Below are positions 37,044 through 46,410 of a stretch of 46,410 nucleotides of DNA, piece by piece. Source of the DNA: Catajapyx aquilonaris (taxonomy: Eukaryota); assembly GCA_000934665.2 (NCBI GenBank), contig JYFJ02003111.1, positions 1 to 46,410 of the forward strand, in the 5' to 3' direction. Numbering within the stretch: position 1 is the stretch's first letter; each line of letters opens with the position of its first letter. Made by a program: the position numbers and the translations under genes. A model generated the notes under the pieces. The model was not told the DNA's origin and ran no database searches. It was given only the letters and a program-made list of their open reading frames with translations.

Positions 37044-37494
37044 CTGGTGGTGCAGTGAGTCCATTAATAACACAAGAAATTTTTTAAATATATAAAATTG
37101 AAAAACTGGAACATTTAGTATGCAGGAGTACACTGGTCCCAGGGTATATCCAGTTCACATTTTAATTTATCAGTTATTTTTATTTTACATTTATTTTGAT
37201 TCCCCTGCTGGGTTCCTACCCTTTCAAGGAGTTAACAGCTAACAACCCAAACAAAGCTAATATACAGGGTGATCTGTTTGGGTAGGGATAAGCAGTCACT
37301 GATAAGGCATATGGATTTTGACATTAGCTTACAGTCATGCTTGTAGGATGCAAATGAAGTCTTCCTGAAGAGACTGTTTGATAATGCCTTATCAATAGTA
37401 GGCACCAGAGAGAACCACTTCTTCAAACCATTGGACAAAAGAAGAACCCTATTGGTGAAACGGATTTCAGTTTCCGACAAATATTTCAAGGCTA

Positions 37495-38512
37495 TTGTTT
37501 GTGGTGAAACAAGAGTTGGTCAATATTATTCCAGGAAAGTTTTATGCAGTTATCTATGACAGTAAGTGGTGGATTGGGAAGATACTGGACAACTGCGCAG
37601 AGGAAAGGGATGCTAAAGTTCAGTTCATACATCCGCCGGGTCCTTCAGCAACATACTTTTGGGCAACTAAAAATGACTGCTGTTGGGTACCCTATGTCAA
37701 TTTACTCAGAGAAGTTCCAGTTCCTTCATCATCATCATCAACTGTATCAGGAAGGACATATGTCATAGATGAAAAGGTTCACAAACACGTGCAGGAATTG
37801 GCAACAAGTTGGATGTGACCCTTCACTGCAAAGGTAAGTTAACAGTGAAATATGTTTCAAATATAACATCAGACGGTATTTTAACATTGAAGGGTACCAT
37901 TTTAACTATTCTGACAAATGTGTGAGCTATTTCAGGTTCAAAGAGACCTTTAACTTCGTTATGGAAAGGTTGATTTTGAAGTATAATTTTTACAAACAAA
38001 TTAATTTTTTATTTGATAACCACAAAAAAACAACCCTCCCTATTTTTAAAATATAACAAGTACATGGTTATCTCATTATACAAAAAAAATAATTCCATAC
38101 TTGTGTTAGTTATGGTTTGCGATCAGTGGCTTGTGGAAGCGACTGACATATAACGTTACTAAAACTCACTTTGCATACGCAGTGGTAATTATCTGCAGCC
38201 CTTGGCACCACTTTTATACCTTACTTGTAAAGAGAGAAGAAAAAGCTTTAATTTGACACCAAAATAAGCCCAATCAGTGAAAAAATAAGTAAATTACGAG
38301 GATTTTTCTAAACTGACGCAGAAACTCCGACCACTTGAATCGCGACAAAATCGACATTTTCAAAATTTTCTCCTGAACTCAATTTTGGACCAAAAAATGT
38401 GGAAAAAATAATTTGATGTCACATCATACGTAGCTGCTCATGTTAAAATTTTGAAAAAAATCTGAGATGTGAGAGCACATGTCACCAGGTGATCTGGCGT
38501 GGAATGACCCTC
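37495..38512 (+). mobile_element. probable DNA-transposon 3' remnant: C-terminal ORF plus terminal repeat
   Basis: YAVIYDSKWWIGKI...FIHPPGPSATYFW...DCCWVP resembles C-termini of invertebrate transposase-like proteins (from memory); ends in ...ggcgtggaatgaccctc. Confidence 0.5.
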
Positions 38513-39046
38513 ATTGATAATTTTCTGTGTTTGAACCTAGCATAATTAATAACTTATGGTGGAATTTTTGTCCCACTGCAAGTTAGTGATAACTTAGCAG
38601 TACCAGTGTTGGTACTGGTACTGGCTAAGTTAGCAGTACTTAGCAGTGGGACGAAAATTTGACACTAATTCTTATGTAGGGGTTGCCTGAGACATGAATA
38701 GGCCTATAATTTCAAGGGTTCCGCAAGAAAAAAAAGGTTGAGAAACGTCGGTATAGAGCATGAACGTGTAAGTACAGCTGTTATTATTGGTAAAATATCT
38801 TATTTTTTATATTCAGAGTACATGTAAGTTTAACAGAAACAAGAATCTAGGTGATGGCAGTATAGCTGGGGGCAAAGGGGTTAACTGCATAGGTCCAGAG
38901 CATTGGTGACCCATACAATGTTCACTGAGGACAGATACATAGACACAGACACAGGTCTGGGGGAAATGATGCAATATTAGTCAAATTGTTTTTCAGGAGT
39001 CCCAAGCATTGAACAGCTGTGCCTGATGTATAACTATTTCCAGTAA

Positions 39047-40423
39047 CCCTGTAATATCCCTTGGGTCATATCTGGCACACCATTTAGTGCAATTTGGCAC
39101 TTACAGGAAATATAAAAATTGCAAAAGTTGCAAAAATTGCACTAAATGGTGTGCCAGATATGACCCAGTGGGCATTACTACTACAAGGGAAGGTCACGGG
39201 GTGAAAATGACAGATCTTGATGAAATTGATCATGCTAATACAGGACAATATATGATGCCCAAAAATGAAATATTTCGTGCTGACGTCCATATTTGCAAAA
39301 GTTATGACGTCTTGAAGTTCCAAAAATAATACATTTTCATACTCCATGGGATTTACATTAGCGACCACATATAATGACATTGAAGTGTGTAATCAGTTTC
39401 TAGACCTTTTCTCATAGGAAAAAGTCCTACAGAACGGCTCTGGCCGTCCGTCCGTGGCCGTCGTGGACAGGTATCAAGGCCTAAACCGTAAGAGATAGCG
39501 ACAAACAGTTTTCATATTCGGATTGAGCGTGACCAAAATAGGTTTCACGGTCAACTTCTGGTGACCCGCCACTTCCGGTCTTCCGGGTTCACTCTATCCG
39601 CACAAGTCTACTTTACGAGCGGGTTATAGTTGGATTTCGAAGTTAGTTTCCGTTTATTCCTGACCGTGTTTTTCGGGGATTTACTCCGGGTTTTACCTCA
39701 CGTGAACGTGATTCAATGAGACCTTTTCTCCTTCTTTCAGGGAGCATGTGAATCGATATATCGTAACATAGGCAACATATCGATTCCAGTATCGGCTTGG
39801 GCGATAACATCATGGCGGCCGATGACGCTCATTGCAAACATGTCCAACGTCAGGAATAAATTCCACAGCCCCTGTGCCAGAGAGTCAGGTAAAACCCGGA
39901 GTAAATCCCCGAAAAACACGGTCAGGAATAAACGGAAACTAACTTCGAAATCCAAATGATAACCCGCCCGTAAAGTATAGACTTGTGCGGATAGAGTGAA
40001 CCCGGAAGACCGGAAGTGGCGGGTCACCAGAAGTTGACCATGAAACCTATTTTGGTCACGCTCAATCCGAATATGAAAACTGTTTGTCGTTATCTCTTAC
40101 GGTTTAGGCCTTGATACGTGTCCACAGACGGACGGACGGCCAGAGCCGTTCTGTATGACTTTTTTTCCGATGAGAAAAGGTCTAGAAACTGGTTACACAC
40201 TTCAATGTCATTATATGTGGTCGCTAAAGTAATCCCATGGAGTATGAAAATGTATTATTTTTGGAACTTTCAGACGTCATAACTTTTGCAAATATGGGGT
40301 TCCGCACGAAATATTTAATTTTTGGGGATCATATATTGTCCTGTATTAGCATGTTCAATTTCATCAAGATCAGTCATTATCACCCCGTGACCTTCCCTTG
40401 TTAGATTAGTGGGCATTACAGGG
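39047..40423. mobile_element. small piggyBac-like hairpin MITE expanded by a large foldback insertion
   Basis: (G)TAA-ccctgtaat ... attacaggg-TTAA; own arms gggtcatatctggcacaccatttagtgcaa / ttgcactaaatggtgtgccagatatgaccc. Confidence 0.7.
39178..40409. mobile_element. 1.2-kb foldback element (arms about 520 bp)
   Basis: About 39178-39697 is the reverse complement of about 39887-40409; direct repeat agtgggcattac on both flanks. Confidence 0.9.
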
Positions 40424-40427
40424 TTAA

Positions 40428-41227
40428 CCCCTTCGGCCCCAGATCGGCCCGAACCACACAGTTTTTGGCTTACGCGTACTCCGAAGATACGGACAAGATA
40501 TTTTGCAAATAATAACAGCTATACTTACGAGATCTGGGAAAACCCTATGAATGTGTCTGGAACCATTTTACTCGTCTCGAAGTCCCTAAATTAATTTCCA
40601 AAAAGGGGCTATAATAACTAGAAATTGGACTACTGCCGCCCAACTTTTAGGCTGATTTGATTGTGAAATGCGTGAAAATATGCTGAATAACAACCATGAG
40701 AACCATGCCAGACGAATTTGCTGAAATCGTCGTCCTTTGCGAGAAATAAATTAATACTTATTTGCGGCTTTCTGGCACTTCGGAAAACTTCGGAAAACTC
40801 CCAAATTTATTTGTTTCTCATGAAGTACGACGATTTCAGAAAATTCATCTCATACTCATTTAGGAGTTTTCCTAAGTGCGAGAAAGCCGCAAATAAATAT
40901 TAATTTATTTCTCGCAAAGGACTACGATTTCAGCAAATTCGTCTGGCATGGTTCTCATGGTTGTTATTCCGCATATTTTCACGCATTTCATAATCAAATC
41001 AGCCTAAAAGTTGGGCGGCAGTAGTCCAATTTCTAGTTATTATAGCCCCTTTTTGGGAAATTAATTTAGGGACTTCTAGACGAGTAAAATGGTTCCAGAC
41101 ACATTCATAGGGTTTTCCCAGATCTCGTAAGTATAGCTGTTATTATTTGCAAAATATCTTGTCCGTATCTTCGGAGTACGCGTAAGCCAAAAACTGTGTG
41201 GTTTGGGCCGATCTGGGGCCGAAGGGG
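40428..41227. mobile_element. 800-bp piggyBac-like foldback (arms about 350 bp)
   Basis: TTAA-ccccttcggccccagatc ... gatctggggccgaagggg-TTAA; mirrored ORFs 40409 (+) and 41076 (-). Confidence 0.9.
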
Positions 41228-41483
41228 TTAATGTATAACCTCTAATAAGAAATGTATATGAATATTGCACTCAGGCATTTATCCCATCCCAAAGCTGTCC
41301 CATTTTATAGATGCAAATATACGTACATTCCAAAATCCGAAAATATCGGAAATTCTCAATGTTCCTGATCTCCCAAGCATTTCGGATAAAGGATAGTCAA
41401 CCTGTAGTACTTTGTAAGTTCTGAATTTTTCTTTAATTATTCCTCTAGGCAGATCACCCTGTATTGTATATCTACAGTATAAA

Positions 41484-41999
41484 CAAGGGGTTCTGAACCT
41501 GTGGGATATGCCTCCCTAGGGGAGATGTAGACAGACTCCAGGGGAGGTGTGAGTGGCCTCACAACTAGAAATGGAAGGTGTTACGTAATAATGCGTCAAC
41601 CCACATGATAAGTTTTGAGAAAAGGGGCTTTGAAGGTCATACCTGTGAAATTAATCCAGTGTTCTTTTCAGTCAATTATGGCAGAGGCATGCAGATTTCA
41701 CCTGCGTGATTTTAACTGAATGAAGTAGGAACCTTTAGGTACAGTTGTGTATTATGTTCCTTGGCTTAGCTCAATTTTGACATTTTCATGGGTTGACCCA
41801 TTGTTGCATTACACCGTCCAAATAGTTTTTTAACAATTTAATTTTAGATTCTGGAATTCTAGAATGCCATGGACAGGGAATTATGTCACGATCGAGTAGT
41901 ACGTAGTAACTTCTGTCCTCAAGGCCATAAACATGGGAGGTGTGGGTCATAATATCTTTCCCAAGGGAGGTGTGGCAGCAAAAAGTTTAAGAACCACTG
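41484..41999. mobile_element. hAT-like MITE
   Basis: caaggggttctgaacct ... aagtttaagaaccactg. Confidence 0.55.
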
Positions 42000-42391
42000 C
42001 TATAGACCCTTCCAGAATGCACCATAAAAAACAAAAGAAGTGCCTATACTGTAGTGTGTCTGGACTCACAAATGCTGCACAAATGTTTTATGCTTAGGCC
42101 TATATTGTTATGCTATTTTTTAAAAAATTTGAAGATAATTTTGACATCAGCATTAATATGAAAATCAGAGTAAATTGAAATGGTGTAAAACAGGTATTTT
42201 CTCTTTCAATATTGCTGATACCCAGATCAAGAGATTTTTCATTGGTGGCATTTATCAGTTAGAGGTTCAACAACAGTGACAATGAACTAGGTGTAAACCT
42301 TGGTGTAAACCATATCCAGTTTACTTGTGACCATTATAATGAGAGGCAATTCCAAATAGACAGCTGTATGGAGGAATCTGCAGCCACCTCT

Positions 42392-43616
42392 GGGCGATTC
42401 CAGGACAGTTCATGCAAAATAAAATTGAAAGTTCACCCTCTATTTTTTAATGTTAATGAAATTTGGTACGATAATTCTCCAACAGGAATAGAGCACATAG
42501 CAATTTTTTTTTACATAAATACGCTCATTAGGTCGCACGTAATTAAATGGGCAAAAAACCCGTAAAAGTGGCAAACACGTCGACAAATGACCCTATATCT
42601 CGTTAACTGCGTAGCCCACCGTTACATGTGATGTATGTACATGTTGGGCAAGATGAAAGGATTTCGATCATTAAATTTTCACATTTTTTGAATCGAAATG
42701 ACGGCATGTTATGTAGAGTTCAAAGTTTAAAAACGAAATATTCGCTATCGCGACGCCTCCTTCGGCTTTTAAAAAATATGTCCCGTAATACGTACTGGAT
42801 TCTTCATTTTTCGGCGATTTTTCCGGAGTGGGCCCTCCATTAGTTCCGGCGTAATAAAATTAAACAGATCGGTCATCGGCATGAGTGACGTCACGCCTGG
42901 GTTGGCTGGATGCAGGGGTGGGATTACGGTGCTCTTTGGACGGAGGCTGCCTGCCAACATGCCGCCTAGCGCGTAACATTATTTCCAGGGCAATAACAGG
43001 TGCCTTTTTAAGGGTTTGCAGACTGATTGAAGGGTATTTAGAAGTTCATAATGCGTACTCTTCAAGGTCAACCGGCAACCAAAGAGCACCGTAATCCCAC
43101 CCCTGCATCCAGCCAACCCAGGCGTGACGTCACTCATGCCGATGACCGATCTGTTTAATTTTATTACGCCGGAACTAATGGAGGGCCCACTCCGGAAAAA
43201 TCGCCGAAAAATGAAGAATCCAGTACGTATTACGGGACATATTTTTTAAAAGCCGAAGGAGGCGTCGCGATAGCGAATATTTCGTTTTTAAACTTTGAAC
43301 TCTACATAACATGCCGTCATTTCGATTCAAAAAATTTGAAAATTCAATGATCGAAATCCTTTCATCTTGCCCAACACGTACATACATCACATGTAACGGT
43401 GGGCTACGCAGTTAACGAGATATAGGGTCATTTGTCGACGTGTTTGCAACTTTTACGGGTTTTTGCCCATTTAATTACGCGTAACCTAATGAACGTATTT
43501 ATGTAAAAAAAAATTGATATGTGCTCTATTCCTGTTGGAGAATTATCGTACCAAATTTCATTAACATTAAAAAATAGAGGGTGAAGTCCTTTGCATGATC
43601 TCTCATGGAACTGCCC
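42392..43616. mobile_element. 1.2-kb foldback element (arms about 510-550 bp)
   Basis: 42432-42938 is a near-perfect reverse complement of 43082-43585; outer termini gggcgattcca / tggaactgccc with CTCT flanks; mirrored ORFs 42628 (+) and 43175 (-). Confidence 0.9.
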
Positions 43617-43701
43617 CTCTATCATACTCATGTGTTCCCAGCTACCTCAATACAAATTGTCCACTTGCTGTTGCCTCACCCTGTATGTTATACATAATAA
43701 C

Positions 43702-43907
43702 CTTGATTAAGATGACCATGTCGAAGAGATCCTTTCCATCCCATTTGTCAAAAGGCTGAAGGATTTGTAGTCGGTTGGACTTTGGATCTACGTTGACCTG
43801 AACCTTGGATGGGTCCTTGAGTGGTGGCTGGTATGTGTCCTCACCCTCATCAAAGCCTTTCTTTGGAAGGTCATCTCCAAATGGGCTTTCCAATAAGAAC
43901 TCCTTCC
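43702..43907 (-). CDS. ACO2: mitochondrial aconitate hydratase, internal exon
   Basis: [29 protein letters not shown]...[24 protein letters not shown]; catcag| acceptor; AAG|gttatt donor in phase 0. Confidence 0.93.
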
Positions 43908-44617
43908 CTGATGATGTATGGAGCATATGATTACACCATGTGTAACAAAAATCAACTTTTTTTGTGCATGGAAATTCATCGCCATTTTTGTGTTCCTCAG
44001 GACAATTATTGTAACTCATAATGGGCATTCATTTTGTCTTTGATTGGTTTTTTACCTCGGGGCAGTCAAAAAACCAAAATCCTAAAAACGTAGGGGTCAG
44101 TAAGACCGTAGCATAGATTTCAACAATGTTTCAACAATGAATTTTTCCTACTTCTTGTTGTTCTTCTTCTTGTTACGTTTTTTTTTATTCGCCCTAACTC
44201 AAGTTCTGCTGTAGGTAGAGCTTCCAAATTTTGAACACAGATCCCCACCGTCGTGACTTGATTTCCTACCATTTACACTTTTACTTAATTCCTCTTCAAA
44301 ACGCCGCAAAAAATTTTAAACCACCAAAAAATACGTCTCAATTTTTTTTGCTCAATAACTCTTCGGAATTCGGTTCCTTCCTCGAAGGGCCGATGGTGCA
44401 GTGGGATGGTGCGGATCTATGTTCAAAATATCACAGTTTCCACTGCTGCAGGATTGGAGCTGTGATTTTTTTACCTCGTATTTTTTCTGTCATTAATTCA
44501 TTGTTCATGACCCCATCACCAAGAAACGTCAATTCTTGTTTACCCACTAGCCATATTGTTATTAGCCAAATGTTACCCTGCCGCTGGTGTGAACGCATTG
44601 CACTTATTACAGATTTA

Positions 44618-45053
44618 CAGTTGAATCCGGATACAACAGCCTCGGCTATAACAGACTTGGTTATAAAGGCTGTCCCGGCATGCTTCCATTAGGCACTGAG
44701 TATTTGCACTCCTGATATAACAGACTCATTTTCACCTCACCTCGGGTATAACAGACAATTTCTTGGACCCTCGGTGGGAAAATATTGTTTTCCAGGTATA
44801 CAATTTGCAAAAAGGAGACGGCAGAAGGAAATTTCGTCTATTTTGGTCCTGCCTAATTTTCGAGTGAGCCAATATTGCATTTGTGACAGATTTCATTAAT
44901 CGGTATGTAGTCTAGTATAGTGCATACATATAGTACAGCCACATTGAAAGCAGAAATTTATGTTTACGTCGCGTGACGATTCGGCTATAACAGACCTCGT
45001 TTATAACAGACCTTTTCCGCAGTCTCTTGAAGTTTGTTCTATCCGGATTCAAG
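44618..45053. mobile_element. TA-flanked MITE (uninterrupted sibling of 8910-9772)
   Basis: cagttgaatccggata ... tatccggattcaag; colinear homology. Confidence 0.75.
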
Positions 45054-45662
45054 TAAATCCGTCTGGTATGGTTCTCAATGTAGATAATTGAAGGGTTGCC
45101 CCGAATAATGTTGTAAGTGACATTGGTGACAGTTGTCTAGTTTTGGTTTCCGCGGGTCCGGGAATTGGAAAATTTATACATGTCCTGGGGATATACACAG
45201 ACATACTGTCCGCTCGCTACGCAGGTTTTGCAGACATGTACTTGCGTATTTTATTGTAACGTGCCAGACGAACTGATTTGCTGAAATCGTCGCATTTCGC
45301 GAAAATTAAGTACAGTTGGGAGTTTTCAGATGTGACGGAGGCAAGCCGCAGATAAGTATATTGATTGAATTCTTGCAAAGTACCACGATTTCAGCAAATT
45401 CGTCTGGTACAGTTCTCAGTGTATATATTCCGTATATTTTAGCGTATAGGCTATTTCATAATAATTAAATCAGACTAACCGTTGGCTGGTAGCACTCGAC
45501 TTTCGTTTTTTTACGACTGTCTCTGCGAAAATAATTTTAGGGACTTCTAAATGACGAAAATCGTCTCCAATGCATTCATAGTGCAGACTGTATAGTGTAG
45601 AGCATACGTTATGTGTACTGTCAAAAAAGAACTGAAATTATATCAAAAACTTTCCCTTCAGT

Positions 45663-46410
45663 AAAAAAAAGAGAAGTAAGACCTCCGCGGCGGAATAAAA
45701 GTACTGAAACAAGGCAGGCGCACGTAAGACCTTCACCAATTGATTTAAGCTGTACCATAGGTCTTACTTAAGCAATTCTCAAGTACGGTATGGAACGGCT
45801 CGTAAAATGACTGCTGCAAACTACTCAGAGCAGTATAGGTAGGATTTTATTATGAAAGGAAAAATATGGGGGAAAAACTAAACCCATTCTAACAGACTTG
45901 GTCCAATCGAAAAAGACCCTCTCAAATTCACCAATTAATGTTTACATGTGAAAAATTAAACGTTAGAGTTAAAATCAGCATCTAAAAGAGGTGACGATTC
46001 TGCATGAATGTTTCATAGCAATAATTCGCACTAATCGCATAGAAATTCAATGCGCTTAATATTGAAGTTCCTAATATATTTCATAAAACACAAATATGGA
46101 GTGGCTCATGGAAAATTAATGGGTGGAATTTTCGTCGTACTACTATTACTATTAACTATAGGTCTGTAGTTACTGCTAACTTAGCAGTATGCCATTGCAC
46201 TGCACTGGTACTGCGAAGTTAGAAGTAGCTAATAGTACGACAGAAATTCCACAAATTTGTTTTCAGAAAGGAGACTTCATGAGCAGTGAATTGGAAATTG
46301 CTTGAGTAAGACATATGGTACAGCTTAAATCAATTGGTGAAGGTCTTACGTGCGCCTGCCTTGTTTCAGTACTTTTATTCCGCCGCGGAGGTCTTACTTC
46401 TCTTTTTTTT
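45663..46410. mobile_element. inverted-repeat element cut off by the window end
   Basis: 45663-45782 is the reverse complement of about 46291-46410. Confidence 0.8.

Noticed and set aside
42628..43390. Duplicated 71-aa ORFs on opposite strands (also the 40409/41076 pair)
   Set aside because: They are mirror images produced by palindrome arms, with no recognisable protein features.
44231..44692. 153-aa ORF
   Set aside because: It starts at TTG, runs into a MITE, lies in an aconitase intron and shows no protein-like motifs.

Overview
This is eukaryotic (animal, probably arthropod) genomic DNA, mostly intronic or intergenic and saturated with transposon debris. Two spliced genes converge tail to tail. 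On + is a CKAP2/CKAP2L-family gene: five phase-consistent exons at about 525-642, 7390-7870, 7945-8811, 14292-14551 and 26865-27075, with the start codon not found and probably upstream of the window. On - are the last four exons of mitochondrial aconitase (43702-43907, 36946-37043, 36530-36878, 36320-36454). The rest comprises three tRNA-headed SINE families with target-site duplications (TSDs), LINE fragments, mariner/Tc1/pogo remnants, hAT-, PIF- and piggyBac-like MITEs, and a Helitron. It also holds about 20 hairpin or foldback elements. Highlights are three 0.8-1.2 kb near-perfect palindromes in one aconitase intron, foldbacks built from two copies of one transposon end, a hairpin hit at both symmetric TA sites of its apex, a twin-priming 5' inversion, a 3' RNA structure shared by unrelated SINE tails, and a possible compensated double frameshift in a CKAP2-like exon. 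I found no CRISPR array, rRNA or bona fide tRNA gene. Coordinates were counted by eye and may be off by a few bases.
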